Below, piece by piece: positions 29,709-39,151 of a stretch of 64,000 nt of DNA; within the stretch, counting starts at the first letter, position 1; every line of letters starts with the position of its first letter. Origin of the DNA: Syntrophobacter sp. SbD2. Lineage in GTDB: Bacteria; Desulfobacterota; Binatia; UBA9968. Where the stretch lies: assembly GCA_945889495.1 (NCBI GenBank), contig CAMDBU010000003.1, positions 6,665-70,664 of the forward strand, written 5' to 3'. A model generated the notes under the pieces. That model saw nothing but the letters and a program-made list of their open reading frames with translations, searched no databases and was not told the origin of the DNA. A program made the position numbers and the translations under genes.

Positions 29709-30722
29709 ATGAGGAAGTTTATTATGACCATGAAAACTCTCGCGCTGTTGGCGCTTTTGTTGCCGTCGCTGGCCTGGGCGCAGTCGGCGGATTTGCTCAG
29801 CCAGGTGAAGAAAGAAGGCGGCGAAATCATTCTCTACACCACCATGACCGTCGGTGACTTCGCCCATTTCGGCAAAGCGTTCAGCGAAAAATATTCCGGC
29901 GTCAATCTGCGCCATGTGTACTTGAGCTCATCGCGCCAGACCGCCCGGGTGATGCAGGAGTTTCGCGCCGGCCGGGTGCAGGGCGATGTCTTGGGCAACA
30001 GTCCCGAGCCGTTGACCTATCTCAAGTCCCAAGGCGTGCTCGGCCAGTATCGCTCGCCGGAGGCGAAGAATTTATTATCCGGCGCCTGGGACCCCGACGG
30101 CTTCTGGTCCGGCATCACGACGGATTTGTTGGTGACTGGATTCAATCCCCGCATGCTGGCGAAGTCGGGGGTGCCGAAGAGCTATGACGACTATTTGCGA
30201 CCGCAGTTCAAAAGCCAGATCGCCGTCAATCGCGGCGTGCCCTACCCGTTGACTGGAATGGTGTCGCTGCGCGGCGACGAGCAAGGTGTGGCCTATTTCA
30301 AGAAACTTAGCCAGCAGGATCTACGCTTGGTCGAAGGCTATAGCCACACCATCAACATGATGGCGGCGGGCGAATACCCACTCACCGGTTTCATGCAGGT
30401 GTCCAAGCTCGAAGCGATGAAACGCAAAGACGCGCCGGTGGATTGGCTGCCGGCATCCCAGCCGTTGGCGACCATCTCGACCATCGCCATGGTAAAAAAT
30501 CCGCTCCATCCGGCCGGCGCCCAGCTGCTGATCGATTTTTATCTCTCCGCCGAAGGACAGCGAGCACTAGCGGCGGCAGGAAAAATCCCGCTGCGCAAAG
30601 GCGTCAGAAGCCTGTCCAAAGACATCGATCAACTGATGGAAGCTAATCCTCATGTCATCCGCGCTGAAGGCGGCTATGATAAGTACATGAAGGTTTTTAA
30701 CGAGTATCTGGGGATTCGGTAG
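29709..30722 (+). CDS. ABC-type substrate-binding protein, family 1 (Fe3+-type); orphan; tandem paralogue B
   Basis: near-identical to 28704-29708 along its whole length; start is 1 nt after the upstream stop. Confidence 0.75.
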   Translation: MRKFIMTMKTLALLALLLPSLAWAQSADLLSQVKKEGGEIILYTTMTVGDFAHFGKAFSEKYSGVNLRHVYLSSSRQTARVMQEFRAGRVQGDVLGNSPEPLTYLKSQGVLGQYRSPEAKNLLSGAWDPDGFWSGITTDLLVTGFNPRMLAKSGVPKSYDDYLRPQFKSQIAVNRGVPYPLTGMVSLRGDEQGVAYFKKLSQQDLRLVEGYSHTINMMAAGEYPLTGFMQVSKLEAMKRKDAPVDWLPASQPLATISTIAMVKNPLHPAGAQLLIDFYLSAEGQRALAAAGKIPLRKGVRSLSKDIDQLMEANPHVIRAEGGYDKYMKVFNEYLGIR

Positions 30723-30814
30723 AGTCGACGGGCTGGTTGCTCCCTCCGCCGAAGCTCGGCTATGAAGACGCTGCTACCATGTGACAAATTACCTGGTGAA
30801 AGGAGGGTGAAAAC

Positions 30815-31066
30815 ATGGCAGCTCTGGATTGGTCCAAATGTCCCGCCGTGGAGAGCATCCCCGGAAAAGTTAGCGGCGCCTGGGTTTTCCGTGACACCCG
30901 GCTGCCGGTAGCGACGGTCATTGAGAATCTTGAGGACTTAAGCGTTGACGAAGTGATCGAGCAGTTCGATGTCACCCGGGAACAGATCAAAGCGGTCCTC
31001 GATTTCGTCGCCGAGAGTCTGAAGGCTCCAGCTTCGGCGGCAGCGGACGATGCTCATACTGTTTGA
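30815..31066 (+). CDS. DUF433 domain protein (antitoxin-like partner of DUF5615)
   Basis: 83 aa; …GAWVFRDTRLPVATVIENLEDLSVDEVIEQF… DUF433 core; GGAGGG RBS upstream; local GC is lower than the flanks. Confidence 0.7.
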   Translation: MAALDWSKCPAVESIPGKVSGAWVFRDTRLPVATVIENLEDLSVDEVIEQFDVTREQIKAVLDFVAESLKAPASAAADDAHTV

Positions 31067-31390
31067 CCACGGAACTCCCAAGGGACTGGCCCGCGCCTTC
31101 GCCGGCCACGTAGTGACTACCGCCCAAGCGCGAGGGTAGGACCGGCTAAACAATGGCGCGTTGCTCAACGCCGCGGAGGAAGCGGCCATTGATCTTTTGG
31201 TCACCACCGACCGGAGAATCCGCTACCAGCAAAATCTAGGCGGCAGGAAAATCGCCCTGGTGATTTTGACCGGCACTACGAAATGGTCACAGGTCAAATT
31301 GCATATAGAACAGATCGCCGCCGTAGTGAACGCAGCTACACCTGGCAGTTACAGTGAAATAGAAATACCCTTCGGAGCCGCTATTTTTTC
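31049..31390 (+). pseudogene. DUF5615 (PIN-like toxin) gene disrupted by an in-frame TAG
   Basis: the ATG at 31049 overlaps the DUF433 stop; translation MLILFDHGTPKGLARAFAGHVVTTAQARG*DRLNNGALLNAAEEAAIDLLVTTDRRIRYQQNLGGRKIALVIL… matches the DUF5615 pattern, with the TAG at 31136-31138 where a Trp codon (TGG) is expected; no proper stop follows before the ORF runs into the convergent SBP gene. Confidence 0.6.
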
Positions 31391-32409
31391 GCCGCCAACA
31401 CCTCCCGATAAAACCCACTCTTCTCCAACCGCTGCCAGGGCGCGTCGTCGACTACGTCTTCGACTTTCACGGTTTTCACTTTGGGATTCGATAGGGCCAG
31501 GAAGCGCGCCATGTTTTGAATGCCGGGAATCGTCGGCTTGATATCGAGGTTGTACAACCATTGCAGCGCGGCGTAGCCGATTTCGGCGTCCTGGGCGCTT
31601 TTCAGGCGCAGGTTTTTGACCAGCGATTTGGTGACGATGTCTTTATTTCCCGGCCGATGAATGAACGCCACGGTATCGATGAAACCGCGCATCAGCGAGT
31701 CGATGACTTGGGGATTTTGCTTCAGATAGCCGCGCCGAGTCGCCGCCGCCAATCCTTGATAGGGAATCGGCGCTTTGCCGAGATCGAGCAACACTGGAAA
31801 ACTTTTTTCCTTGAGCGCGCGGCTGTGGGTGTAGTTTAAATAGGTCGCTTCGATGTTGCCCTGCTCCAGGGACTGCGCCAACACCGGCGAGTCGCCGACG
31901 ACCATGATGGTCATTTTGTCGCGGCTCGGTTCCAATCCTAAATGCTCGATGGCGAGCATCGCCATCGACCAAACCCCGCCGCCGATGCTTTGCACGCCGA
32001 TCCGTTTGCCTTTCAAATCTTCGGCGCCGCGAATGCTCGTGCCGGCGATGAAATCGCCGTCGGCTTTATTGACGATGCCGGCGAAGAAGGCGACGTCCAA
32101 TCCGCTGGTCGCCGCGCTGACCACCGAGCCGGGAATCGTGTAGGCGACTTGGATGTCGCCCGAGACCAACGCCGCCATGGTTTGCGGCCCGCTGCGAATA
32201 TTGATGACCTCGACGTTGACGCCATGCTTGCGAAACAACCCTTGTTCGGCGCCGAGCCAGAGCGCGACGACTTTTTCGCTGAAGGCGCCATGGGCGATAC
32301 GGACTAAAGGCAACTCGGCGGCTTGGCTGGGCGCGCCGATTGCCATGAACAGCAAGCAACCGCGCGCTAGCAAGAAAAACTTTCGGGACGGTAATCGGAT
32401 CGATTTCAT
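31381..32409 (-). CDS. ABC-type substrate-binding protein, NMT1/SsuA/TauA-like; orphan
   Basis: signal peptide …FMAIGAPSQAAE; NMT1-like fold. Confidence 0.75.
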   Translation of the reverse strand: MKSIRLPSRKFFLLARGCLLFMAIGAPSQAAELPLVRIAHGAFSEKVVALWLGAEQGLFRKHGVNVEVINIRSGPQTMAALVSGDIQVAYTIPGSVVSAATSGLDVAFFAGIVNKADGDFIAGTSIRGAEDLKGKRIGVQSIGGGVWSMAMLAIEHLGLEPSRDKMTIMVVGDSPVLAQSLEQGNIEATYLNYTHSRALKEKSFPVLLDLGKAPIPYQGLAAATRRGYLKQNPQVIDSLMRGFIDTVAFIHRPGNKDIVTKSLVKNLRLKSAQDAEIGYAALQWLYNLDIKPTIPGIQNMARFLALSNPKVKTVKVEDVVDDAPWQRLEKSGFYREVLAAKK

Positions 32410-32444
32410 TGAACGAAACCTCCTTACCTGTCGGTCGAACGATA

Positions 32445-33428
32445 TTATTGCGCTTTGTTCAGCTCCGCGAAAAACCCGCTCCTATCCAGCTCCTGGACGA
32501 AACGGCTGTCGACGAAATCCTCCGGCTTGGCGCTTTTCGCCTTGGGGTTGCGCGCCTCAGTGGCTTTGAGGATGGTCGATAGCCCGGCGAGCGCTGGATA
32601 GGGCGGCAGAATGTAATTCTGCTTGACGATCCAATTGTAACTTTCGTCCAGCAGTTCCTTGTCGTCGTTGCGAAAATATTTCGCCATAACTTTCTTCGCG
32701 AAGTTGGCGTCGCGCTTGGCCAACGCGACCCCTTCGGCCTGGGCCATCAGGAAACGGCGCACGACGGCGCCGTTAGTGCGCAAGTAGCTGCGCGTCGCCA
32801 CCATGCCGTTGAACGGAAAGTTGGCTTCCAGCTTCGACACGTCGAGGATTTCGCGCAGGCCGAGTTTGCGCGCGCGGATGGTCGCTGGCGCGGTCAGCGC
32901 CACCGCTTGAATGCGGTTGGTGTTCAACGCCGACACGCTTTCCGCCGGGCCGCCGGTTTGGAGGATCGCCACATCTTTTTCCGGCTGCAAGCCGAATTTC
33001 GCCACCGCGAAGCGGGCGGCGAAGTCGGAGTTAGCGCCATAGCGCGTCACGCCGATCGCTTTGCCTTTCAAGTCGGCGACGGTCTGAATCTCCGGCCGGC
33101 TGTAGATGTAATAAACGAAGTTTTTAATCAGCGTGGTGATGATGACCAGATCGCCGCCGGCGAGGTTGGCGTCGATCACCGCCGCCGCGCCGATTTGGCT
33201 AAAGGGCATTTCGCCGGCGAGCATGGTGCTGACCACCAGCGAGCTGCCGGACAAGCGCAGCAGCTCCACCGACAAGCCATGCTTCTCGTAAAGCCCGGCA
33301 TCCTTGGCGAACCAGAGCGCCGCTTCGGTGGCGGAGTCCGACGAACGGGCGACGCGAATCTTGTCGAGCTGTTGGGCGTCGGCGAGGTTGGACCAGCAGA
33401 GAATTGCGATTAGCAGTAGCGATTTCAT
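32445..33428 (-). CDS. ABC-type substrate-binding protein, NMT1/SsuA/TauA-like; orphan
   Basis: start taken at MKSLLLIAILCWSNLADAQ (AAGGAG RBS upstream); the 5' extension in the ORF track is treated as spurious. Confidence 0.75.
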   Translation of the reverse strand: MKSLLLIAILCWSNLADAQQLDKIRVARSSDSATEAALWFAKDAGLYEKHGLSVELLRLSGSSLVVSTMLAGEMPFSQIGAAAVIDANLAGGDLVIITTLIKNFVYYIYSRPEIQTVADLKGKAIGVTRYGANSDFAARFAVAKFGLQPEKDVAILQTGGPAESVSALNTNRIQAVALTAPATIRARKLGLREILDVSKLEANFPFNGMVATRSYLRTNGAVVRRFLMAQAEGVALAKRDANFAKKVMAKYFRNDDKELLDESYNWIVKQNYILPPYPALAGLSTILKATEARNPKAKSAKPEDFVDSRFVQELDRSGFFAELNKAQ

Positions 33429-33543
33429 TAATGCTCCTTCGGTTGGCGGTACCATAGGGAAAGGCCGCTGGAGCGTCAAGCCGGGTTGACAGCGGCGCGC
33501 CATCGCAGTTAGTTGGGCCATCATCACAGTTTCGGAGGACTTC

Positions 33544-34617
33544 ATGGCAACCGACACCACCGGCATGACCCGCATCAATCACGAGAAACTGATTCGCTTC
33601 GTCACCCGTTCGTTTGAAAAACTCGGCGTACCGACGAGCGACGCCGAGATCGCGGCAAATGTATTGGTCGCCTCCGACTTGCGCGGCGTCGACACCCACG
33701 GCGTGATTCGTTTCAATCCCAACGCCTGGTACGTCAAATGGCTGCGCGACGGCGTCATGACCGCCAAGCCGAACATTCGCGTGATCACCGAGACCGCGTC
33801 CACGGCGCTCCTCGATGCCGATAACGGTATGGGCTTTGTCGCCGGCCACCGCGCCATGGAGCTAGCGGTCAAGAAAGCCAAACAGACCGGCGTCGGCATC
33901 GTGACAGTTCGCAACAGCCGCCACTACGGCATGTCGGCGTATTATTCCATGCTCGCCTTGCCACACGACATGATCGGCATCGCCATGACCAACGCCAGCC
34001 GCCAAGTGGTGCCGACCTTCGGTCGCGAAGCGCGCTTCGGCACCAACCCGATCTCGTTTGCTATCCCAGCCAAGGACGAACAGCCCTTCGTCCTCGACAT
34101 GGCGACGACGACCGCGGCGGCGGGAAAATTGGAATTAGCGATCCGTCTAGGCAAGCCGGTGCCGACCGGTTGGGCGTTGAACGAAAAAGCCGAAGCGACG
34201 ACGGATCCGAAGATTGCCCAGTCAGCGCGCCGCCTGCTGCCGCTGGGTGGCACGCGCGAGAGCGGCAGTCACAAGGGCTACGGCTTAGGAATTCTCGTGG
34301 AAATTCTCTGCGGCGTGCTCACCGGCACGGTAACGGCACTTAACGCCAACCAAGAACCGCGCGGGCATTTATTTGGCGCTATTGATCCAGCAGCCTTTCG
34401 CCCGGTGGCGGAATTCAAAGCCGACATGGACCGCCTGATCCGCGAACTAAAATCGACCCCGCCCATCGCAGGCGAAAGCCGCGTCTACGTCGCCGGCGAA
34501 ATCGAATTCGAAACCGCCGAGGAGAGAAGCGAACGCGGCATTCCACTGCATAGCTCGGTGCTCAAAGGTTTGCGCGATGTCGGCACCGAGTTGGGCGTGC
34601 CGTATGATTTGGAGTAG
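33544..34617 (+). CDS. Ldh_2 family oxidoreductase (malate/L-lactate/sulfolactate dehydrogenase family)
   Basis: 357 aa; Ldh_2 hallmarks …LRGVDTHGV…GFVAGHRAMELAV…HYGMSAYY…. Confidence 0.8.
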   Translation: MATDTTGMTRINHEKLIRFVTRSFEKLGVPTSDAEIAANVLVASDLRGVDTHGVIRFNPNAWYVKWLRDGVMTAKPNIRVITETASTALLDADNGMGFVAGHRAMELAVKKAKQTGVGIVTVRNSRHYGMSAYYSMLALPHDMIGIAMTNASRQVVPTFGREARFGTNPISFAIPAKDEQPFVLDMATTTAAAGKLELAIRLGKPVPTGWALNEKAEATTDPKIAQSARRLLPLGGTRESGSHKGYGLGILVEILCGVLTGTVTALNANQEPRGHLFGAIDPAAFRPVAEFKADMDRLIRELKSTPPIAGESRVYVAGEIEFETAEERSERGIPLHSSVLKGLRDVGTELGVPYDLE

Positions 34618-34641
34618 AAGAGACTTGCGGGTTCAAGGGAG

Positions 34642-34683
34642 GGCGGGTTTTCCAACCCGCCTGGCGGACTGGAAAGTCCGCCC
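34642..34683. terminator. twin GC hairpins between convergent genes
   Basis: ggcgggtt-ttcc-aacccgcc (34642-34661) and ggcggact-ggaa-agtccgcc (34664-34683), followed by ctcctttatttg on the plus strand. Confidence 0.6.
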
Positions 34684-34687
34684 TCCT

Positions 34688-35662
34688 TTATTTGAACACC
34701 CCCGCCGCCACTAATTCCTTCACAAACCGATCGTCAGCGAACTGATCCCACTTAGCACTCTTCGCTTTGGGATTTTCCGAGGCGGCAAGCACCGCTTCGA
34801 TGGCTTGTTGGTTGGGCGTGGGGATGCGTTCCCAGCCGGGCTCGTTGGTGGCGAGCGATTCCTGCAGCTGGGCGGGGTCGGTGATCTTGGTGTATTTGGA
34901 CATGATTGAAATCGCGTCGGCGCGGTTTTTACGGGCGTAGTCGATGCCTTCGGCGGCGCTGCGAACGAAGCGGCGCACCAGATCCGTATTCTCCTTGATG
35001 AACGAGCGGGTGGTGCCGATGGCGTGCTGGACGAAGGGGATTTTCAGCGCGCCGATATCGACCAGCTCCTTGAAACCCAGGTTGCGCGCGGTGAGCGTGC
35101 TCGGCGCCGAGACGATCGCCGCGTCGATGATGCCTTGCTGCAAGGCGCCCACCAGCGCTGGCAGTTCTTTCAGATAAACGAACTTCACATCGACGTCGGG
35201 CTTCAAGCCGTTTTGCGTCAACACCATGCGGCCGGCGATGTCGGTGGGCGTGCCTTTGTTGGTGGCGCCGATGGTTTTGCCGGCGAGGCTTTTCACGCTC
35301 GTGATCTCCGGCTTGCTGTAGATGGAAAAGACGAAGGTGTTGACCGGATTTAAAATATAAACCGTGTCGGCACCGGCGAGATTGGCTTCGATGATCTGCG
35401 GGCCGGCGGTGGTAAAATGTATTTTGCCGCCGACCAGCGCCTGCACTGCCTGAGTGGTCGGAATATGGGTGAGATCGATGTTGAGGCCGTTTTTCTTAAA
35501 CAGGCCGCGCTCCTGGGCGATCCATAAATAAATTGGATCGGTGGCGATGACGCCGTAGACCGCGGTGGCCTGGAGTAGCGGCGTCTCGGCGGCGCGGCTC
35601 AAGCCGCACAGGAGGAACACCCACAGTAAAGACCAGATCGTTGTGAGCTTGGTTCTTCGCAT
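34688..35662 (-). CDS. ABC-type substrate-binding protein, NMT1/SsuA/TauA-like; orphan
   Basis: signal peptide …LLCGLSRAAE; NMT1-like fold. Confidence 0.75.
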   Translation of the reverse strand: MRRTKLTTIWSLLWVFLLCGLSRAAETPLLQATAVYGVIATDPIYLWIAQERGLFKKNGLNIDLTHIPTTQAVQALVGGKIHFTTAGPQIIEANLAGADTVYILNPVNTFVFSIYSKPEITSVKSLAGKTIGATNKGTPTDIAGRMVLTQNGLKPDVDVKFVYLKELPALVGALQQGIIDAAIVSAPSTLTARNLGFKELVDIGALKIPFVQHAIGTTRSFIKENTDLVRRFVRSAAEGIDYARKNRADAISIMSKYTKITDPAQLQESLATNEPGWERIPTPNQQAIEAVLAASENPKAKSAKWDQFADDRFVKELVAAGVFK

Positions 35663-35697
35663 CGTTTCCTCCCATGCGCTGGAGCGCGCTAGAAAAA

Positions 35698-36294
35698 TTA
35701 ATAACTACCGCGGCTGATGACGATTTCCTTGATCACCACCTCTTTGATTGGCCGATCACGGCCGTCGCGCGGCGCGGCGCCGATGGCGACGACGACTTCT
35801 TGGCCTTTGATCACTTCGCCGAACACGCTATGACGGTTGTCGAGATGGAGTGTCGGCGCCAGGGTGATGAAGAACTGGCTGCCGTTGGTGTTCGGTCCGG
35901 CGTTGGCCATGGACAGAACGCCGCCTTTGGTGTGGCGCAGGTCGGGATGGAATTCATCTTCGAAGCGGTAGCCCGGTCCGCCGGTGCCGTTGCCCAAGGG
36001 ATCGCCGCCCTGGATCATGAAGCCGGGGATGACGCGGTGAAAGATCGTGCCGTTATACAGCGGCTTTTTGACCTTCTCATTGGTCTTGCTGTCGGTCCAT
36101 TCCTTTGTGCCGCTGACCAGGCCGACGAAGTTGGCGACGGTCTTGGGCGCTTTGTCGTCGAACAGCTGAATCACAATGTCGCCCATGCTGGTTTTCATGG
36201 TCGCGTACAGCGGCCCTTTTTTCTCCTGGCTGTTGGCGTTGGCAGTCAATCCGAAAACCGCGCATAGCAGCGCGCCGATCAATAATTTTTTCAC
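35698..36294 (-). CDS. ppiA: peptidyl-prolyl cis-trans isomerase, cyclophilin type (periplasmic)
   Basis: signal peptide; …[15 protein letters not shown]… cyclophilin signature; 198 aa. Confidence 0.9.
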   Translation of the reverse strand: MKKLLIGALLCAVFGLTANANSQEKKGPLYATMKTSMGDIVIQLFDDKAPKTVANFVGLVSGTKEWTDSKTNEKVKKPLYNGTIFHRVIPGFMIQGGDPLGNGTGGPGYRFEDEFHPDLRHTKGGVLSMANAGPNTNGSQFFITLAPTLHLDNRHSVFGEVIKGQEVVVAIGAAPRDGRDRPIKEVVIKEIVISRGSY

Positions 36295-36310
36295 TCTTGC
36301 CTCCTGAGAT

Positions 36311-37258
36311 TTATTTCTGATTTAACTCGGCCATCACTTCATTGACGAATCGCAGATCCATATATTCGCGCACCGGCCGCTTCGGTTTGGTATTCAATGC
36401 CACGGCCTGCCACTGGGCCATCAGTTCGACGCCCTTTTCCGTCGGCACCGGCTGCAGCGCTTCCTTGACTAAGTTGTAAGCGTCGACGGAAACTTCCCGC
36501 TCCATGCGCCAGTGCTTCATCATGGTTAGAATCGCGTCTTCGGGATAGTCGCGGGTATGAATCACGCCGCGCACCATGGCGCGCACCATGCGTTTGACGA
36601 ACTGCGGGTTTTCTTTGATGGTCTTACCCGTCGCCGCCAGACCGCTAAAGGAAGTCTCTTTGAAGATGTCGGCCAAGTTAACCAGCCGTTTGAAACCGGC
36701 CTTCAAGGCGACGTAGTCGGCCGGCGGCGCCAACAGCGCGGCTTGAATGATCCCCTGCTGCATGGCGGCGATCTTCGGCTGGCTGCCCGGGATGCTGACA
36801 TACTGCACGTCCTTGTCGGGATTCATCTTGTAAAGTTCCAACAGCGCCTTGGTGCCGGCGAAGGTCGAGCCGCCGAAGCTGACGCCGATTTTCTTGCCCT
36901 TCAGATCGGCGACGGTCTTGATGTCTTGGGTCACCATCATGGAAAAAGTCGGCCGGCCGATTTGCTGGGCCAGGAGAATAATGTCGCTGCCTTCCCAGAT
37001 CGACGGCATCTGCGGGCCGACGGAAAAAATGAAATGAATCTGATTGCCGAGGAGCGCCTGCACCGCGGTGACCGCGTTGCGGACGGAAATTAACTCGGCG
37101 TCCAACCCCTCACGCTTGTAGAAACCTTTTTCCAAGGCGACGAAGGCGGGGAGAAATTGCACGTTGGCCGACGGATAGGCGCCGCGGACGACTTCGCCAC
37201 TGGCAGCGAGCGGGCTGAACAGAATCGCTGCGAGCAGCGCGATAGTGGACAATGCCAT
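36311..37258 (-). CDS. ABC-type substrate-binding protein, NMT1/SsuA/TauA-like; orphan
   Basis: signal peptide [21 protein letters not shown]; NMT1-like fold. Confidence 0.75.
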   Translation of the reverse strand: MALSTIALLAAILFSPLAASGEVVRGAYPSANVQFLPAFVALEKGFYKREGLDAELISVRNAVTAVQALLGNQIHFIFSVGPQMPSIWEGSDIILLAQQIGRPTFSMMVTQDIKTVADLKGKKIGVSFGGSTFAGTKALLELYKMNPDKDVQYVSIPGSQPKIAAMQQGIIQAALLAPPADYVALKAGFKRLVNLADIFKETSFSGLAATGKTIKENPQFVKRMVRAMVRGVIHTRDYPEDAILTMMKHWRMEREVSVDAYNLVKEALQPVPTEKGVELMAQWQAVALNTKPKRPVREYMDLRFVNEVMAELNQK

Positions 37259-37261
37259 AAA

Positions 37262-38251
37262 CTATTTGCTCTCCCCTTTGAGTTCTTGAATCAACGACAG
37301 ATCGAAATATTTGTACGGCGGGATCTGGCCGAAGGCCGGATCTTCGTAGACCATGGTCTTCAAGACGTTGACGATCGCTTCTTCGGTGGGAAACAGGTCG
37401 GGCCGAGCATCCGCCTTCATGATCCGATAGGAATATTCCAAACTGTCGCGGTCGTCGATTTTCAACACTTGGGACATTACATTGAGCGTCGATTCCTTGT
37501 CGTTCATCATCAGACGGACGGAATCGGCGAAGCCGCGCAGATAATTTTTCACCGTGTCGCGGTTCTTCGCCATGTAGGAGCGCCGAGTAACATTGATGCC
37601 CCAGATATATTCCAGCGGGATCGGCAGCACGGTGAGGCCGAGCTTCTCGGCGTGGCGCCCTTGCAAGGACGAGATCAAGGTTGCGTCGAGGTTGCCCGAG
37701 ACTACCGCGGCCAAGCGCACCGGCGAGCCGCCCGACAACGGCAAGATCTGCACGTCGGTCTTGGGATTTAGGCCGGCTTTAGTCAGCATGAAATTGATAA
37801 ACGCTTCGGCGCGTCCGCCGGCGCCGCTGGAGGCGATCTTTCGGCCTTTTAGTTCTCTAATGTCCTTGATCTTGATCCGGCTGCCGACGCTGTAGGGCGA
37901 GGCGTTGTTCCACGACGCGATGCCCACCGCGTCCAAGCCCTGCTTGCCCAAGTAAAAAAGGCCGGTGGAGCTGGAGGTCAGGAACTGGACGCTGTCGGAC
38001 ATCAGCGCCTGCATGTTCATCTGCTCGTTACGCGTGGCGATCACCTCGACGGTCAGGCCATAGCGCTGAAACACGCCCCGCTTGGCGCCGAGATAAATCG
38101 GCAAGGCGCCGGTGAGCGCGCCCGGAGTAGCGACCCGCAACAGGGTTTGCGCCGCGGCCGGCTGGGCTGCGCAGGCACAGAGCAGCAGTGCGAGCTTAAT
38201 GAACCGAGAATAATCGATCATATCGGGGAAGTGTCGCCTTAAGCTAAACAA
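37262..38251 (-). CDS. ABC-type substrate-binding protein, NMT1/SsuA/TauA-like; orphan
   Basis: signal peptide …LLCACAAQPAAAQ; starts 3 nt after the upstream paralogue ends (tandem pair). Confidence 0.7.
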   Translation of the reverse strand: MFSLRRHFPDMIDYSRFIKLALLLCACAAQPAAAQTLLRVATPGALTGALPIYLGAKRGVFQRYGLTVEVIATRNEQMNMQALMSDSVQFLTSSSTGLFYLGKQGLDAVGIASWNNASPYSVGSRIKIKDIRELKGRKIASSGAGGRAEAFINFMLTKAGLNPKTDVQILPLSGGSPVRLAAVVSGNLDATLISSLQGRHAEKLGLTVLPIPLEYIWGINVTRRSYMAKNRDTVKNYLRGFADSVRLMMNDKESTLNVMSQVLKIDDRDSLEYSYRIMKADARPDLFPTEEAIVNVLKTMVYEDPAFGQIPPYKYFDLSLIQELKGESK

Positions 38252-38465
38252 AGTGGCTCAGACGGTCAAGAAGACGCGCCAATTTGTCGATTTTTCCGCG
38301 CCGCGTGGCGGACTATTGGCGCTGTTTCATCTTCTCCAATCGCACTGCCAACCTCACAGCCCAAAACCCGCTCGTCCACCCTGCTGGTATTCGCCACTGC
38401 GTTTTGACAATGAGATTCTCGAATGTTATTAGGAAACTCGGCCCAAACAGGGGGAGAACCAAATA

Positions 38466-38987
38466 ATGGCTTGGTTTGATAAAAGCCCTGGCGGAAAAAA
38501 AACTGAAACGGAACCGCAAAACGTGGCACCAGTAACCAAACCGGCGCCCGAACCCGTGGCCACCGTAGCCGCGCCGGCGCCGCAGCCTGCGCCCAAGGTG
38601 GAAGCGCCGCGGCCGGAGCCAACGACGGCGGGCTTAGTCGGCTATCTATATAAAGGCAGCCGGGTTAGCGGTCAGCTGAGTTTCCAAGGACCGGCGCGCA
38701 TCGACGGCATCGTCGATGGTGAAGTGAATTGCCAGGATACTCTGACCATCGGAGAGGGCGCGGAAGTCAAAGCCAAGATTACCGGCCGGGTGGTGGTGAT
38801 TCGCGGCAAGGTCGAAGGCAACGTCAGCGCCAAGGAACGGATTGAGCTGTTAGCGCCAGCGCGTATGACCGGTAATATCGACGCACCTAGACTAATCATT
38901 GCTGAAGGCGTGATATTTGACGGTGACTGCTCCATGGGAGTGGCCAAACAACAGGGTGGAGTCGCGGCGTCGGCGCCTAAGGCGTAG
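38466..38987 (+). CDS. bactofilin (polymer-forming cytoskeletal protein) with proline-rich N-terminus
   Basis: repetitive beta-helical bactofilin core (…GQLSFQGPARIDGIVDGEVNCQDTLTIGEGAEVKAKITGRVVVIRGKVEGNVSA…). Confidence 0.85.
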   Translation: MAWFDKSPGGKKTETEPQNVAPVTKPAPEPVATVAAPAPQPAPKVEAPRPEPTTAGLVGYLYKGSRVSGQLSFQGPARIDGIVDGEVNCQDTLTIGEGAEVKAKITGRVVVIRGKVEGNVSAKERIELLAPARMTGNIDAPRLIIAEGVIFDGDCSMGVAKQQGGVAASAPKA

Positions 38988-39151
38988 GTCGATTTAAGTC
39001 ATAGACTTTGGTTCGCTGTCCGTCACTTCCTCGGTCCTAAAGATCCTGCGTTCGCAAAGGAATGTGGGTTTTTTATTGCTTGGCTACCGGGATTGGCCAT
39101 GCCATGTGCGGCGATATCGGACAAAATTATTGTATTATCGGTCGTTGACCC

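Noticed and set aside
31136-31138. In-frame TAG in the DUF5615 gene as possible programmed readthrough or pyrrolysine
   Set aside because: No pyl genes or PYLIS-like context, and the lineage is not known for Pyl. A TGG-to-TAG nonsense mutation in a decaying toxin gene is the simpler explanation.
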